The notes: generated by a model from the letters alone, not told the origin. 64,000 nt of DNA from Malacoraja senta (GCA_038087875.1 CM075988.1:21702001-21766000); one strand, 5' to 3'; positions 37,100-51,360 are shown, numbered from the stretch's first letter. Translations and numbers: made by a program.

Positions 37100-37475
37100 A
37101 GCATAAACAAGGACCAGTCTCACCCCGGTCACTCCCTCTTCTCCCCTCTCCCATCAGGCAAGAGGTACAGAAGTTTGAATACGCACACCTCCAGATTCAG
37201 GGACAATTTGTCCCAGCAGTTATCAGGCAACTCAACTGTCCTCTCACCAAATAGAGAGCGGTCCTGACCTCCCATCCACCTCATAGGAGACCCTCGGACT
37301 ATCCTTCATCAGACTTCACTGGACTTTATCTTGCACTAAACATTATACTCATCCTGTATCTGTACACTGTGGACGGTGTGATTGCAATCATGTGCACTAA
37401 TTCTGCTGACTGGATAGCACGCAACAAAAAGCTTTTCACTGTGCCTCGGTACACGGGACAATAATAAACTAAACT
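37100..37475 (+). mobile_element. Rex1/Babar-like 3' fragment
   Basis: KDQSHPGHSLFSPLPSGKRYRSLNTHTSRFRD; same 3' UTR. Confidence 0.87.
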
Positions 37476-38424
37476 AGTGTGCATCTCACCATTAAACCCG
37501 CATCGTATCCAAATGAGTTTGTAGATTATGAAGCCTTCTGAGTGGATCTTTATTTTGCTATGTTCCTGCATTAAATCATTTCATTCTTTAGCTACAAAGG
37601 ACTTGCTGCAAGAGTTATGTTTACATATACACTAAATTGTCAACTTGCCCTACAGCACGGAAACAGGCCCTTCAGCCCATCTTGCACATGCCGATCCGGT
37701 TGGTATAACGTGCTAGTTCAAATTGCCTGCATTGGCCCAATAGCCGTCCAATCCTTATATATGTCCAAATGTCTTTTAAAAATCGGAATTGTATCCATTT
37801 CAATAGATTCCTCCGACAGCTCATTCCAGATACGGACGACCCTCTGAGTAGTCTGTATCTGGAACTAAGGACCAGACAGTCCGTATGCTGGAGTAACTTG
37901 CTGGAGTAACTTGGATGAATGGGTGACGTTTCGGGTCAAGTCCCTTCTTCAGACAAAGGGCCTCGACCCGAAACGTCACCTATTCGTTCTCTCCAGAGAT
38001 GCTGCCTGTCCCGCTGAGTTACTCCAGCATTTTGTGTCTACCTTCGATTTAAACCAGCATCTGCAGTTCTTTCCTACGCCCTCTGAGTGAATATGGTTTT
38101 TCCCCTGAGGTCTCCCTTAAATCTCTCCCATACCAGCTGTTCAGGCAGCATTTGTGGAGAGAAACACAGCTAATAATCAGGACCAGGACCTTTGTCGCTG
38201 TGTTTCCAACATTTGCAGCATCTGCAGTTTAATTTTCATTTTCTGTTCACATTTGAGGCTGAGCACTGGGAGCAATAAAATAACTTGCTGCCGTGTGCTT
38301 GTGTTTACATGACTTGGACCAGGAAAAGATTCTATAGCATCTCTGCAGAGATTTATATACTTCGGCCCACCGGGTCCACGCTGACCATCAATCACCTGTT
38401 CACACTATTTCTACGTTAAGCCCT

Positions 38425-38800
38425 TAAGATTGTTATGGGCTTGGACTCGCTAGAGGCAGGAAACATGTTCCCGATGTTGGGGGAGTCCAGAACCAGGGGC
38501 CACACAGTTTAAGAATAAGGAGTAAGCCATTTAGAACGGAGACGAGGAAACACTTTTTCTCACAGAGAGTGGTGAGTCTGTGGAATTCTCTGCCTCAGAG
38601 GGCGGTGGAGGCAGGTTCTCTGGATGCTTTCAAGAGAGAGCTAGATAGGGCTCTTAAAAATAGCGGAGTCAGGGGATATGGGGAGAAGGCAGGAACGGGG
38701 TACTGGCTGGGGATGATCAGCCATGATCACATTGAATGGTGGTGCTGGCTCGAAGGGCCAAATGGCCTAATCCTGCACCTATTATCTATTGTCTATTGCC
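38425..38800 (+). mobile_element. CR1/HER1 3' fragment
   Basis: VVSLWNSLPQRAVEAGSLDAFKRELDRALK plus 3' UTR. Confidence 0.9.
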
Positions 38801-39112
38801 TTTTAAAAGACATGTGGGCAGGTATATGCACAGGGACATGGTCCCAAGGTAGGCACATGATGCTAGCCCGGTATGCCAACCTGGTCTGCATCGACGGATG
38901 GGCTGAAGGGCCAGTTTCATGCTGTGTTGCTCTATGACTCCGTCCTAACATCTGTGGAAGGGGAATCAGAAATAAGTCAAGACCAGCGTCGTCAAGAGTG
39001 TTTTGTTGTCATGTGTCCCAGACAGAGCAATAATATCCTTACTCACAGCAGCGCAACACAATATGTAAACATAGTACACTGTAAACAATATCATAAAGGA
39101 ACAACAATGTAC

Positions 39113-39738
39113 TGTGTGTGTATATATACATATGTGATATATAAATTATATGAATATATATAATTCATATAATTTATATATCACATATGTATGTGTATAT
39201 GTATATATACATATATATATATTTATATACACTGAACCTTTTCTCGATTATACAATGTATATTTATTACATGAATTATATATGTGCACACACACAGAAAT
39301 AAATATACACACATGCATACACATGCACACACACACATGCACACACACATGCACACACACGCATGCACGTACACGCATGCACATGCACACACGCAAACAA
39401 ATGTACACACACATGCACACACATACATGCACACACACACATGCACACACATATGCACACACACATGCACACACATACATGCACACACACACACATGCAC
39501 ACACACACATGCACACACACACACATACATGCACACACACCTACATGCACACACATATGCACACACACATGCACACACGCATGCACACACACACATGCAC
39601 ACATACACATGCACACACACGCATGCACACATATGCACACACACACACATGCACACACACACAGACACATACACATACACAGAAATAAATATACACACAC
39701 ACACATAGAAATAAATAAATATATGTATACATACATAA
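39113..39738. repeat. Compound (TA)n/(CA)n/CATG microsatellite
   Basis: Seen directly. Confidence 0.97.
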
Positions 39739-40094
39739 GTAACAATTCAGGCCAATGAACATCAATCTATATTTATTGATCGGATATATTCAAAAATGTG
39801 GAGAATGTTTAAAAGACTGAAATGGCAGATCCATATGTGGAACCTCAGGCAAAGCAACTGATGCTGAGAGAGAGTGCTGCAGTATTATGGGTGAGATTAA
39901 CCTAAGGCCACTCTGCCCCCTTCTGCTGATATATCGAATTACAAGACACTCTTACCGCTCATCACCTGTATCCACCTATCACTCTCCAGCTCTTGCCCCA
40001 CCCCTCCTTGCACTGGCTACTGCCCCTGTATTCATTCAGTCTGGATGAATGGTCTTGACCTAAAGAAATAACCATCCATTTCTCTCCAAAGCTA

Positions 40095-40530
40095 GGGAGG
40101 CACGGTGGTGCAGCAGTAGAGTTGCTGCCTCACAGCGCCAGAGACCCGGGTTCGATCCTGACTACGGGTGCTGTCTGTACGGAGTTTTTATATTCTCCCC
40201 GTGACAACATGGGTTTTCTCTGGGTGCTCCGGTTTCCTCCCACACCTCGAAGTTTGTAGGTTTGTAGGTCAATTGTTTAGTTTAGTTTAGAGATACAGCG
40301 GGGAAAGAGGCCCTTCAGCCCATTGAGTCCGTGCCAACCTGAGATCCCCGCACATTAACACTATCCTACACACACTAGGGACAATTTACAATTGTACCAA
40401 GCCAATTAACCTACAAACCTGTACGTCTTTGGAGTGTGGGAGGAAACCGAAGATCTGGGAGAAAACCCTGGCAGGTCACGGGGAGAACGTACAAACTCTG
40501 TACAGACAGCACCCCGTAGTCAGGATCAAA
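40095..40530. mobile_element. Two HE1 SINEs in opposite orientation
   Basis: Plus copy 40095-40275 abuts minus copy 40276-40530. Confidence 0.82.
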
Positions 40531-40586
40531 CCGAGTCTTGGTTCTTTAATTGGCTTTAGTAAAATTTGTAAATTGTCCCTAGTGTA

Positions 40587-41334
40587 CAGGCACGTAAATC
40601 GCTATCAAAATATGGAGGGGACCGGGGGACAGGGGGGACACAATCTTTTGGCGGCCGCGTGCACATGCGCACACACACACACACGCGAGGCTTCAGAGGC
40701 CCAATCCAGCGCTAAATGCAGCTCAACTCTGCCTGTCTCGCTGGGTTAACTACAGCCCTGCCTGGACGGACGGAACACCAGCGCTGCTTCTCCGCGCTGG
40801 CCATATTTCCCGCAAGTCCAGGCAGGGCTGTAGGTTAACCTGGCGGGACAGGCAGAGTTGAGCTGGGTTTAGCGCTGCTTCTCTGCGCTGGCTGTGGGCC
40901 TGGGGGCACCGCTCCCGTCTGACTCCCGACCTCTCTGGCCACCCATGGGAGGGGGGGGGGCACACGGGTGGAGACGGGACAGCGCCGGATCGATCCTGGC
41001 TGCGGATGAGACGCAGGTCTGTGCCACGTCTCCCTCCTCCAATCACCGCACTCTATCCTCAGACCCACCTCCCCCCCTACTCCTCCCTCCTCCAAAGATC
41101 TCGCTGAATCATCATGTCCCGCCCCCATTGCCTGCTGACCGACGTCTCTCTCGTCCAATTGGTGCCCTCGATCAGCAGTCCCACCCCCACTGTCTCGCGG
41201 AAAGCGGAGATTTCACCGGGTTTTAAAATCCGGATTACAAAAAATGGGGGGGATCGTCCCCCACCTCTCAAAACAGGAGGGGGACGTGTCCCCCCTGTCC
41301 CCCCACCCCCCTCCCCCCGGGATTTCCGCCCCTG
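40587..41334. mobile_element. hAT-like non-autonomous DNA element inserted in an HE1 tail
   Basis: CAGGCACGTAAATC / GATTTCCGCCCCTG termini, subterminal GGGGGACA repeats in opposite orientation, approximate 8-bp TSD CTAGTGTA/CTAGTATG. Confidence 0.7.
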
Positions 41335-44007
41335 CTAGTATGTAGGGGAAAGCTAGTGTTCGGGGATCGCTGGTCGGCATGAACTAGGTGGGCCGAAGGG
41401 CCTGTTTCCACGCTGTATCTCTATAATGAAAGAAGGTACTGCCTGACCCCTTCTGTTCCTCCGGCTGCTCTTCCTTCTTTTGCCACAGATTCCAGCATCT
41501 GCCGTCTCTTGTGTCCTCTCGTCTCTGCTAATGTTTGATTGTACTGATCTTGTAAATAACTGCCGTGGATCCCTTAAGAAAGCCCCTGACAGTTTTGGTC
41601 GTAACTTGTGTATCCAAATTATCTCATCAAAATCAAGATCAGTATCGGTTATACTAGGCTTAAGATCAGGGGAAGGGTTTAGTATTTAGTCGCGTTGAGA
41701 TGCTAATTGTTCTCAACCATTAATTTACCGGAGCAATAACACAAGTAATTACACACAATTTAACAGCCATCAGGTAAAGGTTATAGATACTTAAATGCAT
41801 GAAAGAGACGTTCACATTGAAATGGTTTTAATGCAAGTGTATAACTGAAGGTATATTGATGATGGGAAGCAGGCTATATGGACCATACAGTATAGATCTC
41901 TTACATAAATCTTTGAGAAGGCAACTCAATGCATTCTATGTGGAGGAAGGAACCGCAGATGCTGGTTTACACCGAAGGTAGACACAAAAAACTGGAGTAA
42001 CTCAGCGGGTCAGGCTCGTGACCCTTCTTCAGACACAGTCAGGGGAGAGGGAACCGAGAGATTGGAAAAAGGTACATCGAACAAATTCATGAAAGGTATG
42101 TGTAAACAAGTGCACGGACACTGTATGGTGTATAAGTCAGCTTTAATCATCAGTCATAGTGTCACAGTACAATACATGTTAGTTCCACTCTACCACTAGT
42201 GCGACTACGTAATATAGGAAGTGAGTGTTAATATGAAGTGTTCAATAGGGTGGAGTTAGTGGTAGTACATTACTCTGATTGGTTCACATGCAATAACCAA
42301 TCTACAGTATGCAAGAAAGACAGATCAAAGCCAGCAACAATGACCAAGGAGAGGTGGAGCCCACAATGGTCCATTGTTGGCTGTGGGGAAAGGTGATAAC
42401 GAGTGATGCAGACAGTGAAACTCACCAGGACGGTGGTGAAACAAGTGCCACACCCTGGCCTGACCGCGGAGTTACTCCAGCTTTTTTGTGTCGATCTGCA
42501 ATGCATTCTCCGTTCAAGTCCATGGACTTATGCATTCATGAGCTTATGCTATTTTGTAAGAGGTAAATTGCTCAAAATTGATAGATCAAAAGAGAGTGAA
42601 GAAGTTGTCCTGCCTGTTTGCCACAAACTCTGGGAAACTTGCCAGACGTTGCTCCACACTCCTGCAAAAGATCAAAGAATGTGGACGCAAAATGCTGGAG
42701 TAACTCAGTGGGACTGGCAGCACCTCCAGAGAGTAGGAATGGGTGACATTTGGGATCGAGACCCTTCTTCAGATTAATCAGTCTGCAGAAGTGTCTCGGC
42801 CGAAACGTCACCCATTCCTTTTCTCCAGAGATGCTGCCTGACCCTCCAGGCGTTTTGTGTCTATCTTCGGTGTAAACCAGCATCTACACTTCCTTCCAAC
42901 ACATCGAGGCAGCAAACTCCACCACCTGACACTGAATGAGACAGACTGTCCTGGATAACTGTGCAGGCAGCACGGAGAGACCTTTTTACAGGTAGTGTTT
43001 TTGTCCCTGACCATTATAACCCTTTGTAGTTTCAGGATAAAGGCTTTTGCAGAATCTTGTTTTATGATTTCTTTGAAAATGCAATTGCACTCTTAGTGCT
43101 TTTAAATCGTCTTCAAACAAGCTGACTTCTTTCATTGTTCACAGCCCTTCCACAGTGACCTTCAACAATGATCTTTCTTCTCAGCTCTCCGTGGCAAAAT
43201 TCCTCATAAAACAAATTTCAGCAGCGAGGAATTCCTTGTACTGATATTTGCCGCTGGAAATGATCATGGATCGCTAATTCGTTTTTGTTCCTCCCGCAGT
43301 TTGGTGAGGAGATACAGCATGGAAACGGGCCCTTCAGCCCATCGAGTGGTGGTGGTGAATCTCTGGAATTCTTTGGCACAGAAGGCTGTGGAGGCCATCA
43401 GTGGATATTTGTTAAGGCAGTGAGAGATAGATTCTTGATTGTCAGAGGTTATGGGGAGAAGGCAGGAGAATGGGGTTAGGAGGGAGAGATAGATCTGCCG
43501 TGATTGAATGGCGGAGTAGCCTTGATGGGCCGAATGGCCTAATTCTGCTCCTATCACTTAAGATCTTATGACTTCCTGGGTCTGTGCCGACCAGCTACCA
43601 CACTTTCACACTAGTTCTATCCTACACATTGGGGACAATTTACAGAAGGCAATTAACTAACCTACAAACCTATACGTCTTTGGGATGTGGGAGGAAACCG
43701 GAGCACCTGAAGGAAACCAATATGGTCATGGGGAGAACGTGCAAACTCCACACAGACAGCACCCAAGGCCCAGACAAACCCGGACTCCAACTCCATGAGG
43801 TGGCACCTCTACCAGCAATCTTGGCTGTGCTTAGCGGCAATTTAGTTGTTTAGTCTTTGGAGTTTGTACTTTAGACATACAGCACAGAAACAGGCCCTTC
43901 GGCCCACCGAGTGGGCGCTGACCAGCGATCACCCCGTACACTATCACTATCCTACACACAATGGACAATTTTTACGATTTTTACCAAAGCCAATTAACTA
44001 ACAAACC

Positions 44008-44350
44008 TGGGCTTGTACACTCTGGAGTTTAGAAGGATGAGAGGGTATCTCATTGAGACATATAAGATTGTTAAGGGTTTGGACACGCTAGAGGCAGGAA
44101 ACATGTTCCCGATGTTGGGGGAGTCCAGAACCAGGGGCCACAGTTTATGAATAAGGAGTAAGCCATTTAGAACGGAGACGAGGAAACACTTTTTCTCACA
44201 GAGAGTGGTGAGTCTGTGGAATTCTCTGCCTCAGAGGGCGGTGAAGGCAGGTTCTCTGGATGCTTTCAAGAGAGAGCTAGATAGGGCTCTTAAAAATAGC
44301 GGAGTCAGGGGATATGAGGAGAAGTCAGGAACGGGGTACTGATTGGGGAT
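44008..44350 (+). mobile_element. CR1/HER1 3' fragment nested in an HE1 SINE
   Basis: Nearly identical to the 38425-38800 and 10782-11186 copies. Confidence 0.88.
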
Positions 44351-44787
44351 TGTCAAATTTCACTACACCAATTGGTATATGTGTTAATAAATGTCCTTTG
44401 TCCTTTGTCCTTTGTCTATTGTCTATTGAATGAGAGAGGAAACCGGAACACCCGGAGAAAATGCACGCAATCACACAATGAACGTACAAACTCCGTACAG
44501 ACAGCACCCGTAGTCAGGATCGAACCCAGGTCTCTGGCGCTGTGAGGCAGCAACTCTACCGCTGCATCACTGGTCGTCCATTCACTGTTTCATAGAAGGG
44601 TTTTATACCAGACATCGTGTGGCAAATGAATCGTACGCCCAGCCCAAGAAACAAAATGTCCCGCGAGAAGGCAGGAACGGGGTACTGATTGGGGATGATC
44701 AGCCATGATCATATTGAATGGCGATGCTGGCTCGAAGGGCCGAATGGCCTACTCCTGCACCTATTGTCTATTGTCTATCGTCTATTG

Positions 44788-45082
44788 AGTCATGGCGCCA
44801 GGCGGAAGAGGGCTCCGCCCGAGCCGGATGCCTGCGCCGTTTCCGGGGTTATGTCCGTGCCCGGGTGGTGTTAGAAAAGGACTACGGGCTGTCCTGGGGG
44901 ATTTCCGGGACCGCTGGGCACCGCGGGGGGGTTAAATGCAACCTTGACAAGGAGTGTAAGATAGCAGTATAATAGTTTATCATTTGTCCTGCATTATGGT
45001 GGTGGGTCCAGTATTGTTTTTTACTGGACTGTATATATTATTTTAATATTTGAATCAATATTTTTAATTTAAAAAAAAAAGA
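44788..45082 (+). mobile_element. L1/Tx1-clade 3' fragment of the same family
   Basis: ESWRQAEEGSARAGCLRRFRGYVRARVVLEKDY, homologous to 27770-27960; A tail at ~45070. Confidence 0.78.
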
Positions 45083-45611
45083 AATGTAATGTCACGACAT
45101 GTTGCGGTATATTCTGTCACACCTGAACTTCTTGGTGAGCTGGATTTTCCCTGCATTACGATTGTTTGCCATAAAGTGGGTGCATTAATGAGTTATAATT
45201 GCTGAAATCACTCTGCCTGTGTACTCAGGAATGCAGGAACTCAGCCAAGCCAGATCAACCACATGAATACCAGCGAGGGCAGGATAATTTTCCTCTTCGT
45301 TCTAACGCAATACACAAACATCATTATCTTGTCATTCAGCCACAGACCCAAGTCCTTCAGAGGCTTGGTTGTGAAATGATTAGAGTGGCTTCACCACAAA
45401 TTGCTTTACCGCGGCAGTGAAAATTCGGAGTCTTTTCATCTTTCCAGGCTCTGTCATTTCAGCAAACTTCAAAGGTTGCAAATGTATTCCACGGGAACAA
45501 AAAAAAAAGAACTGTGAATTTGTTTCTGTTGTGCTCCGGTGCTGGGATTAAGTTAACTATTACATAAGGTGGACAATGTCACTTATTCCAAAGTCTGCCA
45601 AAGGCCCGCTG

Positions 45612-46145
45612 GATCTCCCGGAACTAGCCGACCATTTTAACTTCCCATTCCCACACTGACCTTTCTGTCCTGGGCCTCCTCCATGGCCAGCACAAGTCCG
45701 CACACTAAATGGACGAACAACTCTTCATATTCTAGACACAAAATGCTGGGGTAACTCAGCGGGATAGGCGGCATCTCCGGATAGAAGGTCTGGGTGACGT
45801 TTCAGGGTCGGGACCCTTCTTCAGATTTCGGTTTATACCAGCATCTGCAGTTCCTTGCGTAACACCTCATATTCTGTTTGGGTAGCTTACAACCCAATGG
45901 TATGAACATTGAATTCTCCAATTTCAAGTAACCTTTCACTAACCTCCTCCATCCCCCCCCCCCTATTCATCCCCAAACAACCCCCCCCTCTCTGCCCTCC
46001 CCTGTGCCCCACCCGAACTCCCACCTATTTCTCCCCTCCACCCACCACTCCCCCATCCCGCTAATTTCCTCCATCTGGCAAATTGTCAAACATGTCTCAC
46101 ACCTTCTCTTCTTATCTCTGGCCTTTGTTGCAGCCATCTGCCTAT
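45612..46145 (+). mobile_element. Penelope-like element 3' fragment (GIY-YIG C-terminus remnant)
   Basis: Degenerate ...HFN...HTDLSVLGLLH...EQ[insert]HLIFCLGSLQPNGMNIEFSNFK* followed by a C-rich 3' region. Confidence 0.8.
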
Positions 46146-47028
46146 CAGAAACCTCCGATGATAGACACAAAATGCTGGAGTAACTCAGCGGGACTGGCGA
46201 CATCTCTGGAAAGTGGAATGGGTGACGTTACGGGTCGAGACCCTTCTTCAGACTGATTCTCTCCAGAGATGCTGCCTGTCCCGCTGAGTTACTCCAGCAT
46301 TTTGTGTCGATCTTTACTCTTACACTCCTAACTAGTGTGAGATCAACACACGGTTGCATGGGTGGCCGACATGCAATAATTAGCGCCAAGCGCTCTCACA
46401 GCCGACCGATGGATCAAATCAATCCTGTCTCATCTCATTTGGGAAACTGAACCTGCTAATGGGAGTGTGGACCATCTGCACTTCACGGTGCCTGGGAAAG
46501 CAGCCAACATTATCAAGCACCATCCCCCACCCCCCCCCACCCCCCACCCCCAGCTCACTCTCTCCTCTTCCCTCTCCCAGAGCTCAGAAGATGCACGTAC
46601 CAGCAGATTCAAGAACAACCATCACCACACAGGGTGCGGTAGGGACACTCCTCAAACAAGGGAAAGCATCTCACCCCAGGGGCCCACTTGAATACCAAGG
46701 CTGCTTGGTATAAGGATGGTTTACCAATATTGCCGAATATAACACTAACAAATATATAGACACTGAGAATGTCGGATGATTTAGCTTAGTTAGAGTTTTA
46801 CCGGACTTGTTTTTTTAAACTCATTATGTTTTGCACAAATTACGTTTTTTTTTGTTTTACAAAGAATATTCTTTCAGAATTGTATGTATAATTTATGTTC
46901 CATTTGCTTTTGCGCCTTGTCTGAGTTGTCAGAGTCTATGAGCCCACAATGCTTCTGCAACCAGATTTTCATTGTAACTGCACCTCATGGTACTTTTGTA
47001 AGTGAAAACCGAGTTTAACTTGACTCCT

Positions 47029-47296
47029 AGGTAGACAAAAATGCTGGCGAAACTCAGCGGGTGAGGCAGCATCTATGGTGCGAAGGAAATAGGCAACGTT
47101 TCGGGTCGAGACCCTTCCATTAGAAATGAGCCTACGTATAATGGAAACATTTAATTTAATTTTGTTTTCCGATGTCCTTCTTCGGCCCGAAACGTTGCCT
47201 ATTTCCTTCGCTCCATAGATGCTGCCTCACCCGCTGAGTTTCTCCAGCATTTTTGTCTACCTTCGATTTTCCAGCATTTGCGGTTCCTTCTTGAAC
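47029..47296. mobile_element. Penelope-derived fold-back element with AT-rich spacer
   Basis: Inverted arms 47030-47105 and 47186-47262; the spacer is homologous to 17426-17490. Confidence 0.82.
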
Positions 47297-47372
47297 TTGA
47301 CTCTGGTTGGCTCTGCCAGTCCTTCACCTTCTCAGTTGAAGGAGCTGCTGTTGTACAGTTTAGATTTTACAG

Positions 47373-47666
47373 ACGGCACGGTGAAGCAGCAGTAGAGGTG
47401 TCGCCTTACAGCACCACGGTCTCGGGTTCGATCCTGACCACAATACTGTCTGTACATTCTCCCTGAGATTTTCTCTGGGTGCTCTTGTTTCCTCCCACAT
47501 CCCAAAGACGTGCAGGTTTGTAGGTTAATTGGCTTCTGTAAATTGTCCCTAGCGTGTGGCATAGAACTAACTAGTGTACGGGTGATCGCTGGTCGGCACA
47601 GACTCGGTGGGCCGAAGGGCCTGTTTCCATGTTGTATCACGAAACTAAACAAAATTAAACTACACT
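47373..47666 (+). mobile_element. HE1-type SINE
   Basis: A/B boxes, V-domain and tail. Confidence 0.85.
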
Positions 47667-48464
47667 AAATAGTCTTCTGCCAGTGTAAGTCGCCTGGATC
47701 TGAGTCTTTGGCTGAGCCTTTGCCCAAGTTACCAGGAGCAGATTCCAAAGTACACAGGATGCTTAAAGTGCTGGCAAATGAGGAGGTGTTGGTAATCAAA
47801 GTATACTCATAAAATTCAACAAAATGAACGTTCAGCGTTAAGGGCAGGTCTGAGCATATCTGTTTCACTTATTCAGAAGATAGACATAAAAAGCTGTAAT
47901 GGGTGAAGTATGAAGAAGGGTCTCGACCTGAAGCGTCACCAATTCCATCTCTCCACAGATTCTGCCTGTCCCGCTGAGTTACTCCAGCTTTTTGTGTCTA
48001 TCTTCGGTAAACCAGCATCTGCGATTCCTTCCTGCATGTTTCAGTCATTCATTCGGATTCAGCTGAATTCAATGGTAATGGTCTCATCTGCACATTGTCC
48101 AGAAACAAATATCCTTGAAAACTGAGGCTGAAGAGCAAATGTTTAGGTAGTACGTTAATGGTACTTTAATTACATCTAAAAAGCAATAAAAGTGTATGGG
48201 AAAAAATTGTTTAATACCTTTTCCTACCATTTAGCTACATACGCATTCCTTTTATTGCCCAAATTCGACTCCATTCAGACTTGGGCATCCCTGTTATTGC
48301 CAACATCAAGGTATGGTCCATCAACCTCTGATATCCGCCCATAATGTCAGGGGTAATTTCCTGTCTGTTGGCGATCCATTCATTGTAATATCATTTCAGT
48401 CTTTGATCTCCCAAAAGTGCCATAACTCAAGTTAATCCTGTTCAAAGAAATAGAGTCATTGCGC

Positions 48465-48930
48465 CATAAAGTCATACAGCGTGAAAACAGGCCCTTCAAC
48501 ACAACTTGCCCACGCTGACCAACATGTCCCATCTACACCAGTCCCACCTGCCTGCGTTGGAGGCCATATCCCTCTAAACCTGTCCTATCCATTTACCTGT
48601 CTCAATGTTTCTTTAATGTGGAAAGCACCTGCCTCAACTACCTCCTCCGGCTGCTCGTTTCTATGCACCTACAACCCTTTGGGTAAAAAAAGTTGCCCCT
48701 CAGATTCCCATTACATCTTCCCCCCCTCACTTTAAACTTATGTCCTCTGGTTCTCGATTGTGTATTTACCCTGTCTCTTTCTCCCATGACCATGTACACC
48801 CCTACAAGATCACACATCATCCTCCTGCGCTTCAAGCAAGTCCTAACCTGCCCAACCTCTACCTATAGCTCAGGCCTTCGAGTTCTGGCAACATCCTCGT
48901 AAATCTCTTCTGCTCCCTTTTCAGCTTAAC
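48465..48930 (-). mobile_element. Degenerate CR1 3' fragment
   Basis: TRGHKFKVRG...NLRGNFF remnant and CR1 3' UTR. Confidence 0.8.
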
Positions 48931-49409
48931 GATTTCTTAGGCAGGTCAATCCATTATAAATGTGAGATGATCATAGAAACAGAGAAAAATAGGTGCAGGA
49001 GTAGGCCATTCGGCCCTTCGAGCCAGCACCACCATTCAATATGATCATGGCTGATCATCTAAAATCAGTACCCCCGTTCCTGCTTATTCCCCATATCCCT
49101 TAATTCCTTTAACCCTAAGAGCTAAATCAAACTCTCTCTTGAAAACGAGAGTTAAATCTAAATCATAAATAGCTAAATCCAACTCTCCCTTGATCATTTT
49201 TGCCTTCTTGACCAATTTTTACTAAGCCAAGGTATCATATATTCTGGTAACTTTAAATATCTAAATACATTTATGTTTTCAAAAGAACACTACCAAGTAG
49301 ATATATCCATTGCCAAAAACGACAACTGTACCTTCATACATTTCTCACTGTCATTATTACTTTCTAATTCCATATAAATGTCATTCCCATTTATTACGAG
49401 ATGCAACGA

Positions 49410-50143
49410 GATGCAGCGAGATCTGGGTGTCATGGTGCACCAGTCATTGAAAGTAGGCATGCAGGTGCAGCAGGCAGTGAAGAAAGCGAATGGTATGTTA
49501 GCATTCATAGCAAAAGGATTTGAGTATAAGAGCAGGGAGGGTCTACTGCAGTTGTACAGGGTCTTGGTGAGGCCACACCTGGAGTATTGCGTACAGTTTT
49601 GGTCACCAAATCTGAGGAAAGACATTCTTGCCATAGAGGGAGTGCAGAGAAGGTTCACCAGACTGATTCCTGGGATGGCAGGACTTTCATATGAAGAAAG
49701 ACTGGATAGACTTGGCTTGTACTCGCTATAATCTAGAAGATTGAGAGGGGATCTTATAGAAACTTACAAAATTCTTAAGGGGTTGGACAGGCTAGATGCA
49801 GGAAGATTGTTCCCGATGTTGGGGAAGTCCAGAACAAGGGGTCACATTTTAAGGATAAGGGGGAAGTCTTTTAGGACCGAGATGAGAAAATCATTTTTCA
49901 CACAGAGAGTGGTAAATCTGTGGAATTCTCTGCCACAGAAGGTAGTTGAGGCCAGTTCATTGGCTATATTTAAGAGGGAGTTAGATGTGGTCCTTGTGGC
50001 TAAAGGGATCAGGGGGTATGGAGAGAAGGCAGGTACAGGATACTGAGTTGGATGATCAGCCATGATCATATTGAATGGCGGTGCAGGCTCGAAGGGACGA
50101 ATGGCCTACTCCTGCAGCTATTTTCTATGTTTCTATGTTTCTA
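49410..50143 (+). mobile_element. CR1/HER1 LINE 3' fragment
   Basis: QRDLGVMVHQSLK...LVRPHLEYCVQFWSP...FTQRVVNLWNSLP; (TTTCTATG)n tail. Confidence 0.95.
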
Positions 50144-51360
50144 TTACAAACATTCCTAAAACTTATAGGAACAGAGAAATACACCTTAATATATTTAACC
50201 AGTTCAAAGAATGTGGAAAGAAAGAATGATTTATAAATTACAATCCAAGTGCTGCAGTTACATATCAGGTTGGGCAGCATCTCTGGAGAGAGTATCTGTC
50301 AGCTCAAAAACCTGAATGAGACACTTGTGGTGTCCAGCTTTCCAGTTTGAAGAAGTGTCATAACCCGAAATGCCACCTATCCGTGTTCTCCAGAGTTGTT
50401 GCCTGACCCACTGAGTTACTCCAGCACTTGTGCCTTTACTTGTGGCAAAGGGAAAACACAGATAGATTTAACATTGTTACACTGAACCATTGTGCCTTTC
50501 TAATAAATATTGCCTGCTTGTTTCAATGATATCGAGTATTGATTTCTGGTTTACGAGGTGCAAAGATGAGAAACTCACAAATGACGCTGAATTATTGAAG
50601 GAGCGTGAAGTGAACGTTGGATGTAAGTATTTACATTGAGAGTAATGTTATTCTTCTGCCGTTTAATCTTCGTTGAAGCTCGCGGATGTTGTGTCAAGGT
50701 GTTTAGTATCCCCAGCCGAGTCATAGCTGGAATGAGCGACACAAAACGCCGGAGTCTCAGCAGATCAGACAACATCTTTGGAGAAAAATCCGAAGAAGGG
50801 TCTCGACCCAAAAAGTCACCCATTCCTTTTCTCCAGAGATGCTGTCTAACCCGTTGAGTTACTCCAGCTTTTTGTGTCTATCTTCAGTTTAAACCAGCAT
50901 CTGCAGTTCCTTCCTACACACTGGTCATAGCTGGTATCTTTTGTTTCATATTGTGTTACATAGACCAGATCCAGGTTCGTTGCTGGGACAGAAATATACC
51001 TATTATCATATATAACATAATATTAACAGCAGGAACACCAGACTCAGGAACAAAATCATCCTTTCTGTTATCAGGCTTCTGAATGATAGTCAGGCTCATC
51101 GCTGTATTTCAGTAAGCATGACAGCCCCATAGCAGAAGCGTCCACGTCGCGGGGCTGGAAACTGGAAGTATCCTGAGCTAATTCTGCTACCACCATCATC
51201 TATTGCGACAAGTGATGGCTCCCACTGATTGTCGCCGGAAGCTTGCGTCCTTTTCAGGACGGACGATGACAGCGAGGTCAACATTTGTAACACGAAAGAA
51301 GAAGAAGTAAACGTGACAATAATAAACCTAACATGAGTTAACTGCAAGTTAATCTCTCAA

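Noticed and set aside
39174..39765. Several 74-176 aa ORFs rich in C/V/M or H/T
   Set aside because: They are translations of a CA/TG microsatellite.
47680..47811. Open frame CKSPGSESLAEPLPKL...VIKVYS after a CAG
   Set aside because: Weak splice context and no recognisable homology.
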